Source: the human T2T-CHM13v2.0 reference genome, Homo sapiens. Taken from it: DNA of 64,000 nucleotides. Positions 37,205 through 51,525 of the stretch are shown here, in pieces. Within the stretch, counting starts at the first letter, position 1. The number at the start of each line of letters is the position of its first letter. Location of the stretch: NCBI RefSeq assembly GCF_009914755.1, contig NC_060927.1; one strand, 5' to 3'. The notes below the pieces were generated by a model. That model was not told where the DNA came from. It made no database searches and worked only from the letters and a program-made list of their open reading frames with translations. A program made the position numbers and the translations under genes.

Positions 37205-40049
37205 TTTATACTCATTGCTTTCCAACTGATTTCTGAATGATGGAACATGTTTTTTTTTAGCCAAAATATTGCTATTGGTTAGTTTTTGAAATGTGGTGTG
37301 CAGCTTTCTCTTTCAGTAGTGGTGGGTTTGTAAAAAGAACTTAGAATTTGTCTTGAATGAATTTCCTCATGATGCAGGGTACCCATATGTGAGAGGGCTG
37401 AGACCTTGCCCTCTGATCGCAGAATGATACAATGACATAAGTTAATTTCTAAGAAGATAGCATCTTTGATCTGGATTGTATGCTAATATGTAGAGAAGTT
37501 ATCACCCTTATCACCTTATAAGTCAGTGAATGAATAAATAGTGCATATATGAGAATACTTCAGAAAATGAGTTAACTTTCACTACATATAAAGTTACAGA
37601 TATAACATGAAGATATTACATGGTAGAAAAATAGTCACTTGCTTTTATCTTTATCACAGTACTTAATCAAATATTACCTCTTGGTTCTTTCAAATGTTGT
37701 AGACCCAATTGTTTAATTGTCATCAATATCATAGACAATTGAAGATTCTCTTAGAAAGCCACTTTGGGCCCAGCTGTCAGGAGAATGAGAATGTCTTATT
37801 TCCCCACTCTAGGCATTTCCATTAAAGGATAATCAGATTCCCACAAACCCTAGGGCTATTTGCCATTTGGATGGCAGGAACAGCTGTGGAGTCCAGAAGG
37901 TGTGTGTCGGGTTCTCCTACTAGGAAGGGGTTTGGGGGACTGGTTGAGGGAGAGGCCTTAGGTTTGGAATAGATTAGGGAGGTAGCTCAGGTCTGCAACA
38001 TAGTATTCAATAATACATAACTGTTCTGAGGGGGAGGGTCATCATATTCCTCACATATTGAAAATTTAAATTTAATAGAATGTTTTAAAAGGTTGAAATA
38101 ATGTATGCATTGCATGTAGAGTAGATTATATGTGAAAATTAACATAGCCACCAAATAAAATTGTAAAGGGCATATTGATTCATACTAAAATGGAGATAGT
38201 TGGTAGGGGTTTAGGTAATATTTACTTCAGAAGATAGACCTTTATTTACTTCATATTTTAAGCACTTTCTTTAACTCAAGGAGATTCTCACTCTCAAATG
38301 CTGGTTTATCTGCATCTACATGGTGAAATATTGCCATCATGTGGCTAGTCCGTCTATCACACCTGCTTTCCTCTGGGAGAGATTGTATTTTGGGGTATTT
38401 TTATATGGTGCTTGAATGTTTGGGTTATGTTATATGATACCCATTTTATATGGGCATGTATGGTGTCTGTTGGGGTAATTATTTTCATAAGATAGAAAAT
38501 ATTTAAGCATATTAATTCAAAATACACATTAAATTAAATTTTCTGTTACTGTCACTCAATTGGGTTTTACTTTGTATCTTCTGGAGCTCTTAGAAATTTT
38601 CCTTTTCAGTGGGCAAATTATTCAAGTTGTAAATCTTAAACTCTTTGGAAGTGCCCTCTTAAGAACCCAGTTTCTTTTTTTTTTTTTTAATGTTTGTGTC
38701 TACTCTGAAAGTCACCACTAGTTACCAAAATGTCCATTTATTTGTATACAATTTGGAAACTATTTCTGACGCATACCCCATTATAAACAATAGGGGGCGA
38801 TATGATGTCATGTTTTTGGTTTCTCTATGAAAGTATTTTTCATAGTATAAGCCCTGTTTATTTTTTTCTTGATAACAATGCTTCCCTAAAATGAAAAGCA
38901 CATTTGTTTTATTATGACAGTACTGGCAATAAATATCAGCCTCATTATACATACTTGGGAGATGTAATTTCTTAGAGAAAAAATTCTATGCCAGTTTATT
39001 AGTATTTCAATACATGTATGTATTTCTAAATTGATATAAATATCCAATAAACTTATATTTAATCCAGAGATAATAGTTTCCAAATATACGTTGGCTTGGT
39101 TTCTCATTAAATTCAGAAATTTTACCTTTTCAAGTGTTTTTCATTAATCTTTTTCATTATATATTACCATGAATGCAAAAATGTAGAGTTATACTTCAGT
39201 TTTAGGTTAAAATCATGAAACTATGTACCTGGCCTTTTAAAAGTTTGAAATCTTTAGACAACAAGGATACAAAGTATTAAAACAAAAATTTTTTCAAAGT
39301 TACATGATTTTCTTAAATCAACTAAGAAGTTCTTTCAATGTAGGGTATTTGGATATTTTATATTTTCAAAGTTTATATGGGATTTAAGGTTCAGAAAGAA
39401 TATAGGATAAAATAGTAATTTATAAGTTAAATATTTAAGTTCAAAATTGACAGTTTGGGATAGAAAAATATATGTATTTCAATGGGAAGCATGTTTTCCC
39501 TGTTTCTTCAAGTAGATACAAGTAAACTAAGGATAATACAACTCCCATGTGAGATTATAATTTCTGTCTCCCTCTCAAATAGAATCACAGTTGTCAGTGC
39601 TTTTAAATTTTTGTTAAAATTGTATATATACACACATAATGTATATATATATATATGCACACGTAACTATTACATTATTGTACTCTCTTTATCTCTTCAT
39701 AAAAAATAAAACATTAAATAATATTCTAAAGTCAACTTTTAATTTTTTTCCAGCTCGCAGTTCCCTTATCAGATAAAGTTAATCTTTACTATGAATTTGT
39801 TATATATGCTAACTTTTTAATGATTTAAGTAAAAGTGACTATAATATATTTTTCAAACATGTTTTTTGGCATTAGGAGCCCTAATTTTACACCAAAAAAA
39901 GGAATTTTTAAAAATACTTTATATCCATTTTTAAAAAATTTCAGGTTGGTTGCCTGAAATTAGCCATAATGCGAGAATTTACACCATGAAAATTAGCAAA
40001 CTGTACACATCTTGGCTCTTTTTCCTTTTTCTGGAGAGCTCGCGTATTT

Positions 40050-40550
<501 letters not shown>

Positions 40551-40842
40551 CTGCAGGGTTGACTAAGCAACATGCGGCAGTGCAGTAATGAAAACTCTCA
40601 GGCTGGGTCAGAACTTAGACACTAAGTTGAAAACTAAATTGAGACAAACTGATAAAAAGATTTAAGTTATAGTCTGTATTGCTTAACTTGTTGGTCATAT
40701 GGTTGGTCTTACTGATATGATCAGAATGTTCAAAGACAGAAAACAGGGAAACCATTTAGGAAGCCATAGTGTGTTGTCTTGTGAACTAATGGCGTTTATT
40801 TTTCTTCCGATAACATTACATTTCAAGTGCCTTCTAGACTCC

Positions 40843-41535
<693 letters not shown>

Positions 41536-41759
41536 TTAGAAGGAATCACGTATTTTTCTTTCTGAGCCCCTTGCAGTTCTGGTGGTGTTGATTCCATTCC
41601 AACTCTGGAGGTAGGCAGTGATTTACGCCTGGCCAATGGAAAGACTGTGTCTTTTTAGGGAAAGTTATGTGACTCAATTTCAACCAAAGCCAGCTTGGAG
41701 TAGGCTTTAAGTAGATATTATATTGTAGCAGCATAACGGATTATAACTGAAGACAGAGA

Positions 41760-41940
41760 GACATTGTTTGTAATTCCATCTCAGCCACTAATTAGTACAA
41801 ATTACTTAAGGTCTTTGAGCCACAGTCTTCATCTGACAAATTGGGATACAAAATATTTGTTTTATTTGGTTGTTACGGGGATTAAGTCAGATACTGTATG
41901 CAAAGCATTTACGAGTACTCCCGACACTGTGTTCAATATA
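41760..41940 (+). mobile_element. MIR fragment
   Basis: ctcagccactaattag...ttacttaaggtctttgagccacagtcttcatctg...ggttgttacggggattaag. Confidence 0.65.
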
Positions 41941-42517
41941 TAGCAGAGTTTAAACGTCATTATGACATTAGCAACCATTTGTTTTTTTTTTTAAGGCAGA
42001 CATTGAAAGTGAAATTCGAACGAGATTGAAAATGTCCTACATCCTAAATCTCAGGTACTCTTCTCTGAAATATTATACAAAAGCATTTTAATATCAGTCA
42101 AAGGAGCATCATTTTAAACAACAATTTTGTAGGGTTTATTATTGTTTTACCAAATTAATAAGCTAAAACAGCTTGAATTTTCTAGTGTTTTTGAAATTAT
42201 TTTTCTCCTATGTAAAAGTTAATGTAATTTTAGTGAAAACATAAACCTAAAGGGATAAGCCTCTTAAAATATAATAATGCATTGTTAGATTTTTGTGGAC
42301 TTGTCATAATTCTGGGTGTTCTTTCCTGCATACTTATTAAGAAATCTGGGAAGTATAAATAATATTGACGTATTGATGCCATCTGATCATTAACTGATTG
42401 GAATGAATGATAAATAGGAGTTTTATTAGCATGTGATATTGAATTTGTTTTGAAATTTAGTCTCTTCTAATGATATGCTAAGTTCAAATCCTTAATAACC
42501 TGGTTGTTGGCATTCTT

Positions 42518-42828
42518 AGCCAGGCATAGTGGCTCATGCCTCTAATCCTAGCACTTTGGGAGGCCTAGGTGGGAAGACCACTCGAGGTCAGGAGTTTGAG
42601 ACTAGCCTGGCTGACATGGCGAAACTCCATATCTACCAAAAATACACAAATTAGCCAGGTGTGGTGGTGGGCACCTGTAATTCCAGCTACTCAGGAGGCT
42701 GAGGCAGGAGAATTGAATGAACCCGGAAGGCGGAGGTTGCAGTGAGCCAAGATGACATCGCTGCACTCTAGCCTGGGCAACAGAGTAAGACTCTGTCTCA
42801 AAAAACAAAACAAAACAAAATAATAAAA
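42518..42828 (+). mobile_element. AluSx-like element
   Basis: agccaggcatagtggctcatgcc...gaggtcaggagtttgagac...gcctgggcaacagagtaagactctgtctcaaaa. Confidence 0.93.
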
Positions 42829-45415
42829 AATTTTTAAAAAGTTAAAAAAAGTGACTCTTCTTAGTTTTCCATGTGACCTTCAATTTAGTCTTTATTTAAC
42901 CTTGGGAAATGAATGCTAGTGTATAATTAGTAAAATTAGAAATTAAGATTTGTATTTAGGATCTAAACTAGAAATACATTGCTAGCCATTAATATACATG
43001 TCAGTGTTACTGAAAACAGTTTTATATAACCACCCACCCACCCAACTTTGCTCCTTTTGTAAAAGTGACCCGTAAATTCATGGTTCAGGCACCATACGCA
43101 ACTGTTGCTGAGTATCTGAGTCAAGTAAAAAACATTTATCTTTTTGATTACATGCCTTCTGTTATATGTAAATTTTTACAAGGTTTCATTTTTTTTTTGG
43201 CAAGTCATAATTTGTTTTATATAATCTAAGTTTCAATGAAATCTCCATCCCTCAATGATCTTAACAAATTTCCATTTTTAAAGGTTACCTCTAGATTTTT
43301 AAAATCTGTGTTTTAAATTACAACGGTAACAGACAAAATATTTAATGACTGTGTTTACACTTTTACTTCTGTCCTCTGATCTACTTATGATACTGAAAGA
43401 TTATGCAGAATGTTTGATATTATCTACATTCCATGTTGACAAAATACAAGGGTGCAACAGAGTCGATTACTGGGAAGAAATTTTTAAAAATTATTTAATA
43501 AGTTAGCTGGAATAAGATAAGCTTTCTTATTATGATAGAATTTTTTCAAATTTTTAAAACATGATTTTAAAAATGAACTGCTTGTAATGTACCAGTTATA
43601 TTCAACTCAGACACAAACAACCGAACATGTACAGATAGCTCAGTGCTCTTGACACCAACAAAAACATTGCCTAATGCAAGAAAGAAAGACAGGTCCTTCT
43701 AATTGTATAACAGTGGAAGGATACTTGCATAATTACAGGGCTACAGTAACAGCTGTGTACAACGTCCACTATCCTGCACTGCAGGCGGTAATTTACCCAT
43801 GTACTTCCCATTCATATGAATGGAAAACAGTCGGGGGTGCCTCTTTTGAATCCTATGTGTATAGCAGACATTTTAAGCAACTATCATTGAAAATTTCTTG
43901 TTTTAATATTGCATAAAAATATGGCTTTTTAAAAATACTGGACTTTCCTACCCAACAGAGCTTTTAAGTGCTATGCTTAAAGTATTTGTCACTTTGCTTT
44001 TCATCTGAAATTATTACTTTATTATTTTCATATTCTAAGGCACATGTGAAGGGTAACAGCAACAAAATCTTCTTGGTTGAGATGTAGGTCTAATGAAAAT
44101 ATTTGATTAAACCTTGTCTTCCCGTTAACATTTCTAAATGTAGTAAGTACAGTAGCATTAAAAAAGCTAGATGTCAAATACACTTTTAGATCAGTTGCAT
44201 ATTGTAAAATTGACTTCAGTAGTCATTTTACTTGAAAATATTTTCAAAATGTTTTTAGTATCTATTTACTTACATAGAAGTTTCTGCCTTTCTAATCTCA
44301 ACCTGAGAAGAGATTTGAGGACTAGGAAATAAACAAAATGGCTTCTGCACAACTGAAGCTTCTGGCTTAAATCTTCACAGCAAAAAACCATACATTGTCT
44401 TCAGGAGAGATCCTTAGCTTTTGGTCAGAAGCCACTTTCTCTTACTTAGCACACAATTATTATTAACAAATAAACAAAGTAAGAGATTTATTTCTTAACA
44501 TGGAGGCAATTAGAAACAGCAAAGGAGTGAAGACTGGATAGGAAAAAAGGTTTATTTTTGTCTCCCACCAACTCAACTCACATTTCAACTGCCTTCTACA
44601 GGTGACCCAAGTCTCCAGCACTGGGATCAATCACCTCATCATCTGGTATCCAGAACACTTATAAAAAACAAATTTACATCATGTTCAGTTTTGGTGCTGG
44701 GATATTTAAAAATTGCTATGAATGTTGGTCAAGTGTAGGAGCAAAGGCTTGGAACTCCTCACCTGTGCTGGTTACTACCTCATTAAGTTGCTGGATTCTG
44801 GGGGAATTCCAGAGCATCCCAGCACCTTGGCTGCTGGGGTAACAGGGAAGCACTCAGAGAACAAAGGCAGTAGTTATTTGCCAGCAATATGGAAATACGT
44901 GGTATTTCAACAACCAATAAGTAAGTATGGGTGAAGATCTATTTCTTAATCATTTTAACATCCCCAACTGACAGAAGACCAGACAAGTTGTTGGAAACTG
45001 AATAAGTAGTCTTTGGAACATTAGATTACAAAGAGCATTTACCAAGAATCTGTTCTTGCAGTGAAACAGAGATGCTAAAGAAATGAAGAAAGCTGATAAA
45101 AGTAAAATTCATTATGTTAAGAGATGTGGAGTCCTGTAATGAATTAAATTAAAAAGGGACATTTTGGTTTCAGATTTTATTTTTTTTCTCTTTGGAAAAA
45201 GCTCATGTTTTCTTTTAGTCAACCTTTCATTTACCTCTCGTCTACTTGCCAGTTGGTGTCCTATTTGGTGAAAGAGATACATGAAAGTTTGTGGAAGAAA
45301 CTAAGATTTGAGTGAGAAAACACTTCCAATTATGACAAAGTCCATAGAATACCAAAGATTGTTTTCTTACTTTAATTTATAATTTATAATCAATACAGAA
45401 AGTAATCTCCAAAAA

Positions 45416-45735
45416 CAATCATGTGTCACTTAATGACAAGGATACATTCTGTGAAATGTGTCCTTAGGTGACTTCATCCTTGTGCAAAAATCATACAGGG
45501 TACCCACATAAACCAAGATGGTATAGCCTACTACACACTTAAGCTATAGTATAGCTTATTGCGTCTAGGCTAAAAACCTGTATAGCATGTTACTGTGCCG
45601 AATACTGTAGATGACTATAATACAATGGTAAGTATTTGTGTCTACACATATCTAAAGATAGAAAAGGTACAGTAAAAATATAGTACTTTAATCTTATTGG
45701 CCCACTGTCTCATATGTGGTTGTTTATATATAACT
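45416..45735 (+). mobile_element. Tigger3a/MER7A-like MITE
   Basis: caatcatgtgtcacttaatgacaaggatacattctg...gatggtatagcctactacac...tagaaaaggtacagtaaaaata. Confidence 0.85.
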
Positions 45736-46331
45736 GGCCACATGTAATATGCAATAGGGATTATTTCGCATACATTTTCAAGAAGCTGTATCATACCATG
45801 AGGCATGTTTTAGACTACTTAGAATTGAGGGTGAGATAAATATACTGAATGTTTATATTTAATTGTAATCATGGTAGGTAAGTTGCCTTTTATGTACATT
45901 ACATTAAGTTAATGAAGCTGGTGAGCAGTACTTGAACAAATCATCAGATTCACTCCAATTTCTTATAAAATGTAGAGCCCATTAATGTAGATTTCTATTT
46001 TGTTTTCCTTAAATAAAGGGCAAACAAAGCTTACTTCTACTATCAGCCCAATTTGTTTCTCCATCATGTACACGGTCGTCTTGAAGTCTCAAACTATAGT
46101 AAACATGCAATTTGGCATTTTATTATTTTCATATCTAATCCAATTTGGTGTGCATGTGGATTGACTTTATGCAGTAAACAGAATAGCATAAATACAATTC
46201 AATCAAATGTATGTAAGCTAAACACAAAAAAGTCAAAATAAAATAAAGTTAATATGCTATTTCATAATGGTAGTAGCTATTCTATAACTATGAAAAACTA
46301 GTGTTTTATATTGAATGTCTTTAAGTAACTA

Positions 46332-46670
<339 letters not shown>

Positions 46671-49217
46671 AGAAACATATATTCTGGCCATTATATTTTC
46701 CCACGTTAAATAGGCTATGAATAAGACCAACATTTCCAGTATTATATTAAGACATTTATTTGTAGAGAGGGGCAAAATGGACAGAAAAACTAAAAGACAT
46801 AACCTGGGTCTAGAATTTGTTGTTATTAACTATTAAAGAATTCCCATAGTTGGTTTAGAGTACCCTTTATTTTTTAACATTCTTTTCTCTTTCTCTTCCT
46901 TTCTGTACTTTGTGATTTGAGTCAAAAGGTGAAAACAAGTACATTATGGTGTGTATTTTAATCATTGCACTATGCATTGCATGCTTTTTTGTAAGAGGCC
47001 AGGGGCTGAGCAGCCCATTTATGTCCAAGTCATGGGAGTGTGGGAATTAGGATTCCTGTGTGTCTCTGTGTCTATGTGTTTGTGAAGAAATATAATTAGA
47101 ATAGAAATAGAATAATATTGCCGGACATCTTCTGTTTCTATATCTGTAAAATTAAAATAATAACTTAAAAGTTTTATTAAGAAAGAGAGAATAAGTATAA
47201 AAGAAATCTGGCACTTGGAATTTTAGCTATTATTATTAAAGACATTTTAAATAGTATTTGAATCAAAATGTACACATATCTCTCATTCCCAGTCTACCGA
47301 CCTACTTGCTCTTTCGAAAATGACCATTGATTTTTTGAACTCTGGAAGCTATAGCTGTACCTGGTCAAGAAAATCTCTTGGATTGGCAGGCTATTGAGTT
47401 AGCTGCCAGAAAACAGCCGTAAGAGGGTCAATTCTGATTAGAACTGACATCTAAGACTTTTTAAAATGAGTTCTTTCCCAGCTTGCTCATGTACTCCACT
47501 TTATTGTTTATAGAATTGCAAACCCTGTTACTTAAAATAGCAAAGACACTACATTTACTTTCTGCTGACAATTAATGCAATTAAGAATAATTAAAAGTTC
47601 AGGCACTACTAATTTCCTCAGAAAGTGTCTTGGAAACTAATACAGCTAAGAGGATTTAAAATGATGCTAATTCCACATGGTCTGGGGACTGGTGCCCCAT
47701 CCTTAAATTGTTTCTCTTCCAGAATAAGTACAGAAGTTGAGAGTGCCGTGAAATGAAAGTTCATGGTGCAAATATTTTACAAAATTATTGCCCTGGTGGG
47801 GACTGGGAGTGAGAATTCTTGGTTCTTGACTACAGTAATTCCCAAAGCACTGATTTAAGGGAAATCTCTGTGCATAAGCAGGTAACAATTGATGTGGTCT
47901 GACCTCTTAAGACATGTTGCCACCAGATCTGTCCCCAAGCACCTGTTATGAAATCTGATTTTATAATTAGAATTTTATTTCTTAGGGTTGTAGGCTTGAA
48001 AATAGTGTTTCAGATCCTTTTATGATAGTGCAAATATTTCTGTAAAGAGAGGTAGGAGCTATCATTTACTGAACGACTATTATCTGAGTTGCTTGTGCAT
48101 TTATTACTATTATTTTGCATAATGCTGGCCTAATGCCCTAAAAGAGTTTAGTTACCATGGAGGCCAATTTGGAAGTGTGTTGAGCAATGTTAGCAAAGAA
48201 TAGAAAGATCCTGAATGTGTGTGTGTGTTTGATGGGGGTGGGGTATTAGAGAATTCCAAATCAAAATTAAAGTAGCTTCCCGATTTGCCCTGTATGCTAT
48301 TTGCCACTTTGAGTTCACATGGTATATCACATCTTTGGGTATATTCTTGCTAATCCACAAGCCCAGTGGAAAAGGCAAGAAAGGGGATGAAGTGTGTATC
48401 TAAATCCAGTGCATATGCAGGACAGTTGAACCTTCTTCCCCACTGATCTTTACCAGTCATTCATTCTGTGAAGCTTTGTATCCTCCTTTATTCTGTGACA
48501 TTCTTATTTCCTCCATGTTTTAGGGTGTGAACTCTATGTGGAAATGTACTGAGCTATCAGAATAGCAAAAGGAGTCATGTATTCTGAAGTGGCTATTTTA
48601 GTTCAAATGTTACATATTTCCTATTTTCTCTTGAGAATTGTTTTGCTGTTTCAGGCAGAATTTCAAAATGAATAGAGAAAACAAACAAAGCTTCAAGATT
48701 CTCTAAGCAAGGATTTCTCCTAATAGGATTTTAAAATATTTTACAGTTTTTTCTCATCTATTTTATACACTTAGACTTTCTAGCTAGGTCAAATTATTCT
48801 TTTACATTTTATTGCCATTGACTTACAATTATAATATTCACTATTATGTTGGCTTTGCCAGGAATATTTTAGTAATTTAATATTGAACGTTAATAGAATC
48901 TCTGGTACAAATATCAAGGCGTCTGACCTTAAGGATGAGAATTAAAGTTACCTGGTTGGAAGTATTGACATCTATGCTCTGTGAGGGTCTTATGTACACT
49001 GTATTACTGAGGTGTTCAGTAGCTAGCTTAGACTGAGTGGCATATTCTCCCTACAATAACTGAATGTTCTGCTCCTTCTCCTTTAATTGACAAATAATTA
49101 CACTTAATTCACACATTTATTAGTACACTGAAGGTTTGCTTTGGAAGAAATATATGTTATAACGATACTAAATCACTGAATTGAATAAGGAGTAACAGCT
49201 TTTTAAAAACAGCTTTC

Positions 49218-49502
49218 CCACTTTGGGAGGCTGAGGTGGGCAGCTTGCCTGAGCTCAGGAGTTCGAGACCAGCCTGGGAAACACGGTGAAACCTTGTCTC
49301 TACTAAAATACAAAAAATTAGCTGGGCTTGGCGGCATGAGCCTATAGTTCCAGCTGCTGGGGATGCTGAGGCAGGAGAATTGCTTGAACCCTGGAGGTGG
49401 AAGTTGCAGTGAGCCAAGATCGGGCCACTGCACTCCACTCTAGCCCAGGCGACAGAGCGAGACTCTGTCTTAAAAAGCAAAAACAAAAAAACATGCAAAC
49501 AA
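49218..49502 (+). mobile_element. 5'-truncated AluS with perfect TSD
   Basis: starts at cactttgggagg; TSD aaaaacagctttc at 49205-49217 and 49503-49515. Confidence 0.95.
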
Positions 49503-50169
49503 AAAAACAGCTTTCTTACAAAAGTAATTTGGATTCGGTACTTACATTTGTGCTCGTGCATTTTGCGCTCATTCCAGTGTAGAAATAGAGATAAGTGCTC
49601 TTTGTGATATAGCCTTTCGGTCATAGACATAAGGACTGAAGCCATAAACAACTTATAAACTAGAGAAATGAAAACTATATGCACTAAGTTGAAATTGAGT
49701 TTTCTCTAATTAAAATGTTAATAAGATTTAATGGCTTAGAGTCCCCTAAGACCTAAAGGAGCCCATAATTAAAATAAAGTGATTTTAAAGAAATTATGAT
49801 AAATATTAAAATATCCAAAAATGTTTTGCTGTAAATTCTTAAACTTAGGCCGTATTTCCTTTACTGCTCTTTGCTTTTCTTTTCTCTAAGTATTTTTTTC
49901 TTTTTTAGATATATGTGTATAAGATTGTTGACTCTTTACTATGCCGATACTAGGTTAAACTAAAATAATACACATTCTCATTTAATTCTCACAATAGTCC
50001 TCTGTGGTAACAGCTTTTCTTCTCATGTTACTGGATAAAGAATTTCAAGCATGATATTCTGATTTACCTACACAAATAAGGAAAAAAAATTCCAACTTTC
50101 ATATTTAAATTTATTATTTACTTATTACCTATCTGACACTACATTCAGCATCAGATAAGTGAATGTCTT

Positions 50170-50555
50170 GTGTGTGGTTAGTTGTAGTGAGCACAGAGCC
50201 CACCCATATTCCCAGCTTCCCTGTGGTTAGGTGTGGCCAGATGACTGTCCTGGATGAGGGAATGTGAGAGGATTAATGATGTGTCTGTTCTGAGTGGTGG
50301 CTTTTAACAATGGATGTGCCTACTTCGTGTTCTTTTCCACTTTTGCCAAAAGAGTGAAGATTACAACAAGGCCTTTCAAGATACTGGAGCCACAGGATAG
50401 AGGGAGACTTTTTTTTTGCCTAATTCACCCATGGAGAAAATCTGCCAGTGGTTCAGGAACTCCGGCAGGGGATGACTACATGATTTAGGAGTACACGTCT
50501 ATTGCAATTTAGCTATTGCTTAATTTTAGATTTATTTGTGAAAGCACCTAATACT
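50170..50555 (+). mobile_element. MLT1H/J-type MaLR LTR
   Basis: tattcccagcttccctgtggttaggtgtggccagatgact...ggaatgtgag...atttatttgtgaaagcacc. Confidence 0.65.
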
Positions 50556-51034
50556 ATATTAATGCAAGCTTGTTTTTATGTTTTCCTTGTTTTCTTTCCC
50601 CAAATTGCATAATGTATTCTATAAGAGACACCTGATTCTTTTCCTGCTGATGTAAATTAGAAGCTATAGTTTTCTATTTGCTATTACAGTAAATGTTGAT
50701 CTTATTATCTTCCATCCAATAAACTTTCTGCAATTTCTGGCACATGCCTGTTATACTGATTATGAAATAAAAGTAATTGGTGGTTATCACTATGTTAAAA
50801 AAAAGAGAGATGAAAAGCTTCGTGAAAAGGGTGTTGATGGCCTTTTCAGTACTCACCATTAAAAATGCAAAATAAAGATTCAGACCAAGAAATATATATT
50901 ATAAAATTACTGTATGTATATGTTATTAGTCTACTACTTGGTCATTTAGAGAAAATGTGGCTATTTTCAAGAATTCCATGGATGTGAAACGGACACTGCT
51001 TATGAGTGGGGGAAAACTGTGGGTTAATTCCTTA

Positions 51035-51330
51035 AGTGAGACTAGTTGTATAACCTTGACCAAGTCACTCATTTCAGTGGAACTTGGCCTCACCTCATAT
51101 TCATAACAACAATTTCTAATATTTACAGAGTCTTTTCTCTGTATCAAAAAATGGCCTAGGTTTTTTCCACATATTAATTCATTTAATCCCCACAATATTA
51201 TGGGACAGTACTATTTTGCCCCATTTTATAGAACAATAAGTTAAAGTATCTTGACTAAAGTCATTCAGCTAACTGGTAGCAAAGTTAAGCTTGAACTGCC
51301 AGTCTGGCTCCGGAGTAAGTACTATTAACC
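51035..51330. mobile_element. MIR fragments in both orientations
   Basis: accttgaccaagtcactc; ttaattcatttaatccccacaa...ccccattttatag...cagtctggctcc. Confidence 0.7.
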
Positions 51331-51338
51331 AGTTTCCT

Positions 51339-51525
51339 AATGATTCTCAAACTACAGAGTGCACCAGAATCACCTGGAGAGCTTGTTAAAATACAAATTG
51401 GTGTGTCTCAAACCCAGAGTTTCTGATGCACTAGGTCGGGGGTGGTGCCTGAGAATTTGCATTTCTAACCAGTTTCCGAGTGTTGCTGATGCCACTGGTT
51501 CAGGGACCACCTGGTGAGAAGCACT
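51339..51525. mobile_element. MER5A hAT-Charlie MITE
   Basis: ttctcaaact...cagaatcacctggagagcttgttaaaa...gcctgagaatttgcatttctaac...gaccac...tgagaagcact. Confidence 0.9.

Noticed and set aside
37368-37430. TPP-riboswitch-like or C/D-snoRNA-like words (atgatg...gctgaga...ctgatc)
   Set aside because: The C box is imperfect, terminal stems and the rest of the aptamer consensus are absent; chance match.
49157-49684. 175-aa ORF (also 40079-40468, 41042-41323, 58465-58896)
   Set aside because: Largely antisense-Alu translation (ECSG..AHCN, SPASAS); only the embedded 90-nt unit is kept as a finding.
50690-50862. ~57 open codons after a + strand acceptor (NVDLIIFHPINF...KLREKGVDGLFSTHH*)
   Set aside because: Unrecognised peptide, moderate acceptor and no linked upstream coding exon; within chance expectation.
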